Assembly: GCA_900766325.1 (NCBI GenBank)
Contig: CAAFVA010000045.1
Location: forward strand, 1 to 7,762
Direction: 5' to 3'
DNA length: 7,762 nucleotides
Source: Bacilli bacterium
Lineage (GTDB): Bacteria > Bacillota_I > Bacilli_A > RF39 > UBA660
Below are positions 1 through 6,859 of the stretch, in pieces. The position numbers were made by a program, and so were the translations under genes. Each line of letters begins with the position of its first letter. Within the stretch, counting starts at the first letter, position 1. Below the pieces are notes generated by a model. The model did no database searches and was not told where the DNA came from. It saw only the letters and a list, made by a program, of their open reading frames with translations.

Positions 1-1056
1 ATAGGTTTAATCATGTATGGAGGTTTCTTTGACGTAGAAAAAAAGAAATTAAAAATAAAAGCATTAAACGAATTGTTAAAAACATCTGACATTTGGAATA
101 ATCCATCTAACGCCGAAAAAACAACCAAGGAATTAAGTGATTTAAAAGATTTGATTAATCCGGTTGATGAAATAAAAAACAACTTGGAGGTTTTAAAGCA
201 GTTTGAAGAATTTTCAAAAGAAGAAATGGATGATGATATTAAATCACAATTTGAAGATTTATTTATCAAGACCAAGAAATTATTAGAAGAAGAAGAGATT
301 TATTCATATTTAAGTGAAAAGTATGACGATAGCAATGCCATTTTTGAAATACATGCTGGTGCTGGTGGAACAGAAAGTTGTGATTGGGTCGCAATGCTTG
401 CTAGAATGTATACTAAATATTTTAGTAAGAAGAATTATAAATATGAAACAATTGATTTCCAAGAAGGCGAAGAAACTGGTTTTAAAAGCATTGTTTATAT
501 AGTAAAAGGAAAATATGCATACGGATATTTAAAAAACGAAAAGGGAGTTCATCGGTTAGTTAGGTTATCACCTTTTGATTCTAATAATCGAAGACATACT
601 TCGTTCGCCGCGGTGGATGTTATTCCTGAGTTTGATAATAACATAGATGTAAAAATAGACGAAAAAGATATAAAAGTGGACGTATACCGTAGTAGTGGCG
701 CTGGTGGGCAAGGTGTTAATACTACTGATAGTGCTGTTAGAATAACTCATATTCCGACAGGTATTGTGGTTACCTGTCAAAATGAAAGGAGCCAAATAAA
801 AAATAAGGAAACAGCTTTAAAAGTATTAAAAAGTAAATTATACCAAATTAAATTAAAACAGCAACAAGAAATGGTAAACGAAATAAAAAAAGATCATAAT
901 GAAATAGAGTTTGGTTCTCAGATAAGAAGTTATGTATTACATCCTTATTCAATGATAAAAGATCATCGTACGGGATATGAAACTGCTAATGTAAATAAAG
1001 TTTTAGATGGAGATTTAGATGGTTTTATAGAAAGTAACTTAAAAGGAGAAAAATAA
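1..1056 (+). CDS. prfB: Peptide chain release factor 2 (RF2), 5'-partial; made by +1 programmed frameshift: join(<1..29,31..1056)
   Basis: The translation carries the RF2-specific SPF tripeptide (RLSPFDSNNRRHTSF, SPF at 568-576) and the GGQ peptidyl-tRNA hydrolysis motif (SGAGGQGVNTTDSAVRITHIPTG, GGQ at 703-711). It also has the conserved C-terminal GSQIRSYVLHPY..KDHRTG block. The frame one nucleotide upstream (codons 3-5 ... 27-29) is open to the window edge and ends CTT TGA C at 27-33, the canonical RF2 recoding site. The ATG at 13 in the ORF track is therefore probably not the true start; about 25 N-terminal codons should lie upstream of the window. Stop TAA at 1054-1056. Confidence 0.95.
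   Translation: MGLIMYGGFFDVEKKKLKIKALNELLKTSDIWNNPSNAEKTTKELSDLKDLINPVDEIKNNLEVLKQFEEFSKEEMDDDIKSQFEDLFIKTKKLLEEEEIYSYLSEKYDDSNAIFEIHAGAGGTESCDWVAMLARMYTKYFSKKNYKYETIDFQEGEETGFKSIVYIVKGKYAYGYLKNEKGVHRLVRLSPFDSNNRRHTSFAAVDVIPEFDNNIDVKIDEKDIKVDVYRSSGAGGQGVNTTDSAVRITHIPTGIVVTCQNERSQIKNKETALKVLKSKLYQIKLKQQQEMVNEIKKDHNEIEFGSQIRSYVLHPYSMIKDHRTGYETANVNKVLDGDLDGFIESNLKGEK
19..33 (+). promoter_or_regulatory. prfB: RF2 autoregulatory +1 frameshift cassette: internal Shine-Dalgarno GGAGG (19-23), 3-nt spacer TTT, slippery CTT (27-29), in-frame TGA (30-32), C (33)
   Basis: The sequence GGAGG TTT CTT TGA C is read directly. It has the same architecture as E. coli AGGGGG TAT CTT TGA C: an SD-like element 3 nt before CUU, then UGA followed by C. 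After the shift the reading continues GAC GTA GAA = D V E K K K L, aligning with E. coli ...L-DYDAKKERL. Confidence 0.85.
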
Positions 1057-1057
1057 A

Positions 1058-1963
1058 ATGAGATTATTTAGAAAATTAAGACAAAAAGAAACAGAAAAAA
1101 TTTTGAAGTTAGTAGAAAAAGCGCATCTTTTTAAAAGATATGTATTACTTTTAATAGCTATCATTATTTATGCGGTTACTTATAATTTGTTCTTCTATAA
1201 AAATAACATTGTATATGGTGGTGCAAGTGGTATATCAATCATAGCGCAAAACATAATTGATCCTTCTCAAATGATTCTTATACTAAACGTGTTTTTTATT
1301 ATACTAAGCTTTGTTTTTTTAGGTAGAAAAAAAACACTCGATTCATTAGTTGGCTCACTTCTTTTTCCATTAATGGTAAAATTAACTGCAAACGTTGGTA
1401 ACTATATAAAAATAGATAATGATAATTTGCTTTTAATTTCAATAGTAGGTGGTGTGTGTGTTGGTGCGGCCGCTGGCATTGTGTTTAAAAGTGGTTTTAC
1501 AACCGGTGGTACGGACATTCTAAACCAAATTGTTTCTAAATATTTTAAGGTATCAATCGGAACGTCAATGCTTATGACGGACGGGATAATCGTTTTAGTA
1601 GGTGGTTTTTTCTTTGGGTGGACGCGCGTTCTATATGCTATTATCGTATTATATATAATAAACATAATGGTAGATAAAGTTGTACTTGGAATTTCAAATA
1701 GTAAAGCGGTATACATAACCACATCAGAAGATGATTTGGTTTGTGATTATTTGTTAAACGAATTAAAATTAGGAATTACTTTGATAGAGACAAGAGGCGG
1801 TTATACTAATAAAAAAGATCAGATAATAATGTGTGTTGTTCCAACTAGTGATTATTTTAGAGTAAGCGAAGGAATTAATCAAATAGATAAAAATGCTGTT
1901 GTTTTAGTCACGGATGCATATCAAACATCTGGAACGTATTCAGGTAACACAAGCATTATTTAG
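1058..1963 (+). CDS. YitT-family (UPF0750) integral membrane protein with C-terminal DUF2179 domain; function unknown
   Basis: It has multiple hydrophobic segments plus family-typical motifs: YGGASGISII near the first helices, and GIVFKSGFTTGGTDIL followed by KVSIGTSMLMTDGIIV. A soluble tail (KAVYITTSEDDLVCDYLLNELKLGITLIETRGGYTNKKDQIIMCVVPTSDYFRVSEGINQID) matches the DUF2179 pattern of B. subtilis YitT/YvjA/YpjC/YqfU paralogues. RBS AAGGAG at 1043-1048, 9 nt before ATG 1058. There is only 1 nt between the prfB stop and this start. Confidence 0.8.
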   Translation: MRLFRKLRQKETEKILKLVEKAHLFKRYVLLLIAIIIYAVTYNLFFYKNNIVYGGASGISIIAQNIIDPSQMILILNVFFIILSFVFLGRKKTLDSLVGSLLFPLMVKLTANVGNYIKIDNDNLLLISIVGGVCVGAAAGIVFKSGFTTGGTDILNQIVSKYFKVSIGTSMLMTDGIIVLVGGFFFGWTRVLYAIIVLYIINIMVDKVVLGISNSKAVYITTSEDDLVCDYLLNELKLGITLIETRGGYTNKKDQIIMCVVPTSDYFRVSEGINQIDKNAVVLVTDAYQTSGTYSGNTSII

Positions 1964-1988
1964 TAATAAAGGTAGGAAGGTGAAGTAA

Positions 1989-2687
1989 ATGGAATTTATT
2001 AAGTTTCGCGGGGCTGAAAAAACGTATAAAAACGGCGTAAATGCAATATACGATTTGAATTTGGACATTAAAAAAGGTGAGTTTGTCTTTGTTACTGGAG
2101 CATCAGGTTCTGGCAAATCAACCCTTATAAAAATGCTTTATCGTGAAGAAAGACCTAGTCACGGTGAAATTTACGTGGGTGGTGTTAATGTTGCTAAAGT
2201 AAAAAATAATAAAGTATATAAATTAAGAAGGAAAATAGGAATAGTGTTCCAAGATTTTAAGCTATTACCTAAGCTTACGGTGTATGAAAACGTTGCTTTT
2301 GCACTTGAAATATATGGGTTACCAACCGATGAAGTAAGAAGAAAGGTTTTAAAGGCATTAGATTTAGTTGGTTTAAAATCTAGAACAAAAAGTTATCCAG
2401 ATCAATTATCTGGTGGTGAGCAACAACGTGTTGCTATAGCTCGTGCAATCGTTAATTCACCAAAGTTACTTATATGTGATGAACCAACTGGTAATCTAGA
2501 TCCTGATACGAGTTTAGAAGTTATGAAGGTCATTGAAAAAATTAATGATTTAGGAACAACCGTTGTAATGGTAACGCATGACAAAGAAATGGTAAACAAA
2601 ATGAAGAAAAGGGTTATCTTACTTGATAAAGGAAAACTAGTAAAAGATTATGAGAAAGGAAGTTATATTAATTATGAAAGCGTTTAG
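1989..2687 (+). CDS. ftsE: Cell-division ABC transporter ATP-binding protein FtsE
   Basis: Walker A GASGSGKST, Q-loop region VFQDFKLLP, ABC signature LSGGEQQRVAIARA, Walker B LLICDEPTGNLD and H-loop VMVTHD are all present. The size (232 aa) and the immediately downstream ftsX fit FtsE. RBS GGAAGGTGA at 1975-1983, 5 nt before ATG 1989. Stop TAG at 2685-2687. Confidence 0.93.
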   Translation: MEFIKFRGAEKTYKNGVNAIYDLNLDIKKGEFVFVTGASGSGKSTLIKMLYREERPSHGEIYVGGVNVAKVKNNKVYKLRRKIGIVFQDFKLLPKLTVYENVAFALEIYGLPTDEVRRKVLKALDLVGLKSRTKSYPDQLSGGEQQRVAIARAIVNSPKLLICDEPTGNLDPDTSLEVMKVIEKINDLGTTVVMVTHDKEMVNKMKKRVILLDKGKLVKDYEKGSYINYESV

Positions 2688-3573
2688 AATTCTTTTAAGA
2701 AACATAAGAGATGGTTTTAAAAGTGTTGGTAGAAATTTAAGCTTATCAATCGCTTCTATCTCATGTATTACCATAACCCTTTTAATAGTTGCCATTGCCT
2801 TAGTTGTTTCTTATAACGTAGAAAATATAACTAGATTAGTAAGGCAAGATTTTACGGTTGTTACTTTTGTTGATACATCTGCAACAGATGAGCAACTTAA
2901 TTCTTTAAAAGATGAAATAGTAGCGATTGAAAACGTAGATTCGGTTGAGGTCGAAACAAAGGAACAAGTAGCTGGTGAAATGCGTGATACTTCGGATGAG
3001 TTAGCCGCAATAATAGATAGCTGGTCTGACGAAACTAATCCGCTATATGATACTTTATTAGTAAAGGTAAAAGATACCGAAAAAATATCAGATACCGCAA
3101 AGCAAATATCTGACATGGAACTTGTTACGGATGTTAAATATGGTCAAGGAATGGTAGAAGAATTGATGCAGGTATTTGACGTTGTTGAAAAAGCAATGAT
3201 AATCGCAATGATAGCACTTGTGTTTGTAACGCTATTTTTAATTGGCAATACTATAAAAATAACCATTTTCTCAAGAAAAAGAGAAATCGAAATAATGAGG
3301 CTTGTTGGAGCATCAAACTTTTCTATTAAACAACCATTTGTAATTGAAGGTTTCTGTTTAGGTTTTTTAGGGTCAATAATACCTATTGCGGCAACGCTAT
3401 ATGGATATTCGGCTTTATACAAACATTTTAATGGCCAACTTTTCTCTCCATTTGTACAACTAGTTAAAGCTGAACCATTTATATACGTAGTATCGTTAAT
3501 ATTGTTAGGATTAGGTGTTGTTGTTGGTATGATAGGAAGTTATAGAGCAGTAAGGAAGTATTTAAAGATATGA
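2674..3573 (+). CDS. ftsX: Cell-division permease-like protein FtsX (4 TM, large extracellular loop 1)
   Basis: The topology is N-terminal cytoplasmic RNIRDGFKSVGRN, then TM1 (LSLSIASISCITITLLIVAIALVV), a roughly 125-aa extracytoplasmic domain, and three C-terminal TM helices. The conserved REIEIMRLVGASNFSIKQPFVIEG block is present. I prefer ATG 2674 (MKAFRILLRN..., the typical FtsX N-terminus) over the track's ATG 2650. Start 2674 overlaps the ftsE stop by 14 nt. The start choice is uncertain because the AAGGAAG RBS at 2656-2662 is about 11 nt upstream. Stop TGA at 3571-3573, immediately followed by an in-frame TAA. Confidence 0.85.
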   Translation: MKAFRILLRNIRDGFKSVGRNLSLSIASISCITITLLIVAIALVVSYNVENITRLVRQDFTVVTFVDTSATDEQLNSLKDEIVAIENVDSVEVETKEQVAGEMRDTSDELAAIIDSWSDETNPLYDTLLVKVKDTEKISDTAKQISDMELVTDVKYGQGMVEELMQVFDVVEKAMIIAMIALVFVTLFLIGNTIKITIFSRKREIEIMRLVGASNFSIKQPFVIEGFCLGFLGSIIPIAATLYGYSALYKHFNGQLFSPFVQLVKAEPFIYVVSLILLGLGVVVGMIGSYRAVRKYLKI

Positions 3574-4751
3574 TAAAAAAAATATTTATATACGTAATCA
3601 TAATTATAACAGTATTTGCCATACCAATAACTTCGATAAACGCAAAAACAATTGCGGATATTCAAAAAGAGTTAGATGCTGCTCAAAAGAAACTTGATGA
3701 TACTAACACTAAAAAGGCGTTAAATAGTCAAGATTTAGAAGAAACAAGAGAAAAAATAGATAACATAAATTCGGAAATTACTGAAGTTGAAAATAATATA
3801 GAAGCCAAAACAAAAGAAAGTGAACAGTTAGCAAAAGATATTGAAAAGAAAAATGAGGAAACTAAAGATTTGATGAGATATTACCAAGTATCATCGTCAG
3901 GTTCTGCAATGCTTGAGTATATCATGGGAGCGGAAAGTTTAACCGATTTAATATACCGGTTATCAATTACCGAACAGATTTCTTCTTATAATGAAAAATT
4001 AGTTGATGAGATGAATGCCATGATAGAAGAAAATGAGAAAATAAAAAAAGAATTAGCCATTGAAAAAGAAAATCTTAAGAAATTAAAATCTGAGCTAGAA
4101 ACACAAGAAATTGTTTTAAGTCAAAGACAAAGTGAACTTGATGCGGAAGGCGAGTCAAATGAAGAAGCGGTTAAACAAATGCAAGAAGAATTGAAAACCT
4201 ATAGAGATATGGGGTGTAGAGACAACGAGTCTATTTCGGCTTGTTATGAAAGAATTCATGGTAGTGGATACTTGCCTTCTGGAACTACTTTTTATAGACC
4301 AACTACGTCAGGTAGAATTTCAAGTGAGTTTGGTAAAAGAACGTTGTTTGGACAAGCAAATAATCATTTCGCAATAGACATAGCGGTTCCTATTGGAACA
4401 AATGTTTATTCGGTTGCACCTGGCGTTGTAGGATCTGTAGGAGAAGTGTGTGGTATATCGGTTGTTGTATGGCACTATATAAATGGAAGTTATTATTCTT
4501 CTTTATATTGCCATTTATCTAGAACCTTGGTAAGTAAAGGACAAACGGTTACTAAAGATACCGTTATTGCAAAATCAGGAAATACTGGTATATCAACTGG
4601 TCCACACCTACACCTAGGTTTAGCAACTGGTAAGTACAAAGATGATTATTATTTATACTATGGAAGTTCGGGAAGCTTTGAGTCACATACTTTTAATCCA
4701 AGAAACGTTATAAACTTTCCACCACTTGGATCATGGTATTATAACAGGTAA
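3570..4751 (+). CDS. Secreted coiled-coil M23/LytM-family peptidoglycan endopeptidase (EnvC/PcsB/CwlO-like FtsEX partner architecture)
   Basis: N-terminal signal peptide MIKKIFIYVIIIITVFAIPITSINA|KT. About 180 aa of heptad-rich, E/K/L-rich sequence follows, interrupted by a YYQVSSSGSAMLEYIMGAESLTDLIYRLSITEQI segment typical of FtsEX-regulated hydrolase coiled coils. The C-terminal M23 domain has HxxxD (HFAID, 4365-4379), YCHLS and HxH (HLH, 4605-4613) within NTGISTGPHLHLGL. ATG 3570 overlaps the ftsX stop in an ATGA. RBS AAGGAAG at 3552-3558. Confidence 0.88.
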   Translation: MIKKIFIYVIIIITVFAIPITSINAKTIADIQKELDAAQKKLDDTNTKKALNSQDLEETREKIDNINSEITEVENNIEAKTKESEQLAKDIEKKNEETKDLMRYYQVSSSGSAMLEYIMGAESLTDLIYRLSITEQISSYNEKLVDEMNAMIEENEKIKKELAIEKENLKKLKSELETQEIVLSQRQSELDAEGESNEEAVKQMQEELKTYRDMGCRDNESISACYERIHGSGYLPSGTTFYRPTTSGRISSEFGKRTLFGQANNHFAIDIAVPIGTNVYSVAPGVVGSVGEVCGISVVVWHYINGSYYSSLYCHLSRTLVSKGQTVTKDTVIAKSGNTGISTGPHLHLGLATGKYKDDYYLYYGSSGSFESHTFNPRNVINFPPLGSWYYNR

Positions 4752-4760
4752 ACATTTATT

Positions 4761-4799
4761 GAACAAGAATTTGATTGGAAAGTTCAAATTCTTGTTTTC
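4761..4799 (+). terminator. Rho-independent terminator ending the prfB-to-M23 transcription unit
   Basis: There is a perfect 13-bp inverted repeat: AACAAGAATTTGA (4762-4774) and TCAAATTCTTGTT (4784-4796). The loop is 9 nt (TTGGAAAGT) and a T-rich run TTTTCCTTT follows. It begins 10 nt after the M23 stop codon (TAA 4749-4751). The stem is AT-rich and the U-tract is interrupted, so strength is uncertain. Confidence 0.7.
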
Positions 4800-4820
4800 C
4801 TTTATAATAAATGATAGAAT
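4792..4820 (+). promoter_or_regulatory. Putative sigma-A promoter for uvrB: -35 TTGTTT (4792-4797), 17-nt spacer, extended -10 TGaTAGAAT (4812-4820)
   Basis: This is a motif match by eye only. The position is appropriate, about 27 nt upstream of the uvrB start. A second TATAAT hexamer at 4803-4808 lacks a well-spaced -35. Confidence 0.35.
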
Positions 4821-4846
4821 AAACGTATTGATTAGAGGTGATTCTT

Positions 4847-6799
4847 ATGTTTGATTTAGTATCTAAATTTAAGCCATCTGGTGATCAACCTGAGGCAATA
4901 AAAGAGCTTTCTGACGGAATAAAAGATGGCAAGAAATACCAGGTTTTACTAGGGGCTACGGGTACTGGTAAAACATTTACAATCGCAAACGTAATTAAAG
5001 AAGTTAACAAGCCAACGCTAGTTTTAGCACACAATAAAACACTAGCAGGACAGTTGTACTCAGAGCTAAAGGAAATCTTTCCAAACAATCACGTTTGTTA
5101 CTTTGTATCTTATTATGATTACTACCAACCAGAAGCATATGTTCCATCTAGCGATACTTATATAGAAAAAGATTCATCTATTAATGATGAAATAGACGAG
5201 TTAAGACACTACGCAACATCATCTTTAATAAACTATAAAGACGTAATAGTAGTGGCATCAGTATCTTGTATATATGGTATAGGAGATAAAGAAGAATATG
5301 AAAATCACATGCTTACTTTAAAAGTGGGTGATGAGATAAACAGAAACGAAATACTAAAAAAACTAGTTGATATGCTATATGAAAGGAATAACATGGATTT
5401 AGTAAGGGGAACTTTTAGAGCGAAGGGTGACGTTATTGAAGTTATTCCGTCATATGAAAAAAGCCATGGAATTAGAATAGAGCTTTTTGGAGATGAAATA
5501 GATAGAATTTGTGAATTTGATGTATTAACCGGTGCGGTAGTTGGAGAAAAAGAACTTATCTCAATAATGCCAGCATCTCATTTCGTAACTAGTGATGAAA
5601 AACTAAAAAAAGCAATCGTAAATATTAAGGACGAGTTAGAAGATAGGCTAAAATATTTTCGTGATAACGGTAAGTTATTAGAAGCTGAACGCCTGGAACA
5701 GAGGTGTAAGTATGATATAGAAATGCTAGAAGAAACAGGTTTTTGTTCTGGAGTTGAAAACTACTCAAGGCACTTAGCATTAAAACCTGCTGGTGCAACT
5801 CCAACTTGTCTTTTAGACTTCTTTCCTAAGGATTTTTTAATGGTTGTAGATGAATCTCACGTAACATTACCTCAGGTAAAAGCTATGTATAATGGGGATA
5901 GGAACAGAAAACAAATGCTTGTTGATTATGGTTTTAGACTTCCATCAGCGTTAGACAATAGGCCCTTAAGATATGAAGAATTTGAAGAAAAAATAAATCA
6001 AGTAATCTATGTATCTGCAACCCCTGGTGATGAAGAATTAGAAAAAGTTCATAATCACGTGGTAGAGCAAATAATTAGACCAACTGGTTTATTAGATCCT
6101 TTAATTGAGGTTAGAAAGTCTAGTAACCAAGTTGATGATTTGATAGAAGAAATACAAAAACAAATTGAAAAAGGTGACAGAACTTTAGTTACAACCTTAA
6201 CCATCAGAATGGCAGAGGAATTAACTTCATACTTAAAAAATCTAAATATAAAAGTAGCCTATCTTCATAGTGAGGTTAAAACACTTGAAAGACTTAGGAT
6301 AATACACGATTTAAGAGCAGGTAAATATGATGTTTTAGTTGGTATAAACCTTTTAAGAGAAGGTCTTGATATACCAGAGGTTAGTTTGGTCGCTATTTTA
6401 GATGCTGATAAACAAGGTTTTTTAAGAAGTCACAGAAGTCTTATTCAAACAATTGGAAGATGCGCAAGAAACGCCGGTGGGCGTGTTATAATGTATGGTG
6501 ATATTATAAGCGAAGCGATGAGACAGGCGATTGATGAAACCGCAAGACGCCGTGCAATACAAATTAAATATAATGAAGAACATGGCATCGTACCAAAAAC
6601 CATAAAGAAAAAAATAATGGACGTTGTAAGTGTTAACACAAGTGATAAGAAGTCTAAAAAGCATAGGACTAAAGAAGAAATTCATGATGATAAGCTTCTA
6701 AAACAATTAGAAGATGAAATGAAAAAAGCTGCGGATGACTTAGACTTTGAGCGTGCTATGGAACTTCGTGATATTATATTTGAAATGAAGGTAAATTAA
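4847..6799 (+). CDS. uvrB: Excinuclease ABC subunit B (UvrB)
   Basis: N-terminus [18 protein letters not shown] matches the UvrB consensus. Also present are Walker [10 protein letters not shown], the beta-hairpin region [25 protein letters not shown], the DExH-like VVDESHVT, and helicase motifs [27 protein letters not shown] and QTIGRCARN. The C-terminal UVR domain is [25 protein letters not shown] place the start at ATG 4847 (RBS AGAGGTG at 4834-4840, 6-nt spacer), not the track's GTG 4838, which lies inside that RBS. Stop TAA at 6797-6799. Confidence 0.96.
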   Translation: MFDLVSKFKPSGDQPEAIKELSDGIKDGKKYQVLLGATGTGKTFTIANVIKEVNKPTLVLAHNKTLAGQLYSELKEIFPNNHVCYFVSYYDYYQPEAYVPSSDTYIEKDSSINDEIDELRHYATSSLINYKDVIVVASVSCIYGIGDKEEYENHMLTLKVGDEINRNEILKKLVDMLYERNNMDLVRGTFRAKGDVIEVIPSYEKSHGIRIELFGDEIDRICEFDVLTGAVVGEKELISIMPASHFVTSDEKLKKAIVNIKDELEDRLKYFRDNGKLLEAERLEQRCKYDIEMLEETGFCSGVENYSRHLALKPAGATPTCLLDFFPKDFLMVVDESHVTLPQVKAMYNGDRNRKQMLVDYGFRLPSALDNRPLRYEEFEEKINQVIYVSATPGDEELEKVHNHVVEQIIRPTGLLDPLIEVRKSSNQVDDLIEEIQKQIEKGDRTLVTTLTIRMAEELTSYLKNLNIKVAYLHSEVKTLERLRIIHDLRAGKYDVLVGINLLREGLDIPEVSLVAILDADKQGFLRSHRSLIQTIGRCARNAGGRVIMYGDIISEAMRQAIDETARRRAIQIKYNEEHGIVPKTIKKKIMDVVSVNTSDKKSKKHRTKEEIHDDKLLKQLEDEMKKAADDLDFERAMELRDIIFEMKVN

Positions 6800-6808
6800 T
6801 AATTTAAT

Positions 6809-6836
6809 TGCATTTTTTACATTGGTGTGTTATTAT
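6809..6836 (+). promoter_or_regulatory. Putative sigma-A promoter for the downstream ORF: -35 TTGCAT (6809-6814), 16-nt spacer, extended -10 TGtTATTAT (6828-6836)
   Basis: This is a motif match by eye in the 60-nt uvrB-ORF spacer. It is followed by RBS AAGGTG (6847-6852), 7 nt before ATG 6860. No convincing terminator separates it from uvrB, so read-through is also possible. Confidence 0.35.
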
Positions 6837-6859
6837 ACCTAGAAAAAAGGTGTGTTTAA

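Noticed and set aside
13-30. ATG at 13 as the true prfB start (ORF-track model MYGGFFD...)
   Set aside because: No RBS precedes it within 1-12. The N-terminus would be about 25 aa shorter than RF2 orthologues. The canonical CTT TGA C frameshift cassette sits exactly here with the upstream frame open to the window edge.
314-502. 62-aa plus-strand ORF inside prfB in another frame
   Set aside because: It is fully nested in a strongly supported CDS, has no RBS and has a low-complexity hydrophobic composition. It is an out-of-frame shadow ORF.
568-795. 75-aa minus-strand ORF antisense to prfB
   Set aside because: It lies antisense to the most conserved part of RF2 (the SPF to GGQ region). It has no recognisable motifs or start signals and is a typical shadow ORF.
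1402-1722. 106-aa minus-strand ORF antisense to the YitT-like gene
   Set aside because: It overlaps a well-supported membrane-protein CDS. Its T/P/I-rich translation just mirrors the sense-strand codon bias, and I found no RBS.
2650-2673. ATG 2650 as the ftsX start (track model MRKEVILIMKAF...)
   Set aside because: It would overlap ftsE by 38 nt and add eight residues not seen at FtsX N-termini. ATG 2674 gives the typical MK...R..R.G....RN start with an upstream AAGGAAG. This is not fully excluded.
2402-3422. Minus-strand ORFs of 65, 101 and 92 aa antisense to ftsE and ftsX
   Set aside because: All three are nested in conserved ABC and FtsX coding sequence. Their S/T/I-rich low-complexity translations have no motifs. 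I treat them as shadow ORFs.
3660-4200. Purine-rich, repetitive-looking DNA (GAA/AAA runs, recurring aaagaaaatga-type strings) as a possible tandem repeat
   Set aside because: The periodicity is at the protein level: the E/K/L-rich heptads of the coiled coil. I could not find exact nucleotide repeat units of meaningful length.
4816-4829. AGAATAAACGTATT as a LexA/Cheo box overlapping the uvrB -10
   Set aside because: Only about 6 of 10 conserved positions of CGAAC-N4-GTTCG match, and both outer C/G pairs are lost. In AT-rich DNA this is not distinguishable from chance.
4838-4846. GTG 4838 as the uvrB start (track model MILMFDL...)
   Set aside because: The GTG lies inside the AGAGGTG Shine-Dalgarno sequence. 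ATG 4847, 6 nt downstream of it, gives the conserved UvrB N-terminus.
4885-5088. 67-aa minus-strand ORF antisense to the uvrB 5' region, and the 87- and 64-aa ORFs at 6422-6685
   Set aside because: They are antisense to highly conserved helicase motifs and have no start signals or motifs. They are shadow ORFs.
6792-6808. AT-only palindrome TAAATTAATAATTTAA at the uvrB stop as a terminator
   Set aside because: The stem would be pure A:T with essentially no loop, there is no G/C clamp, and it is not followed by a proper U-tract. It is unlikely to form a functional hairpin.
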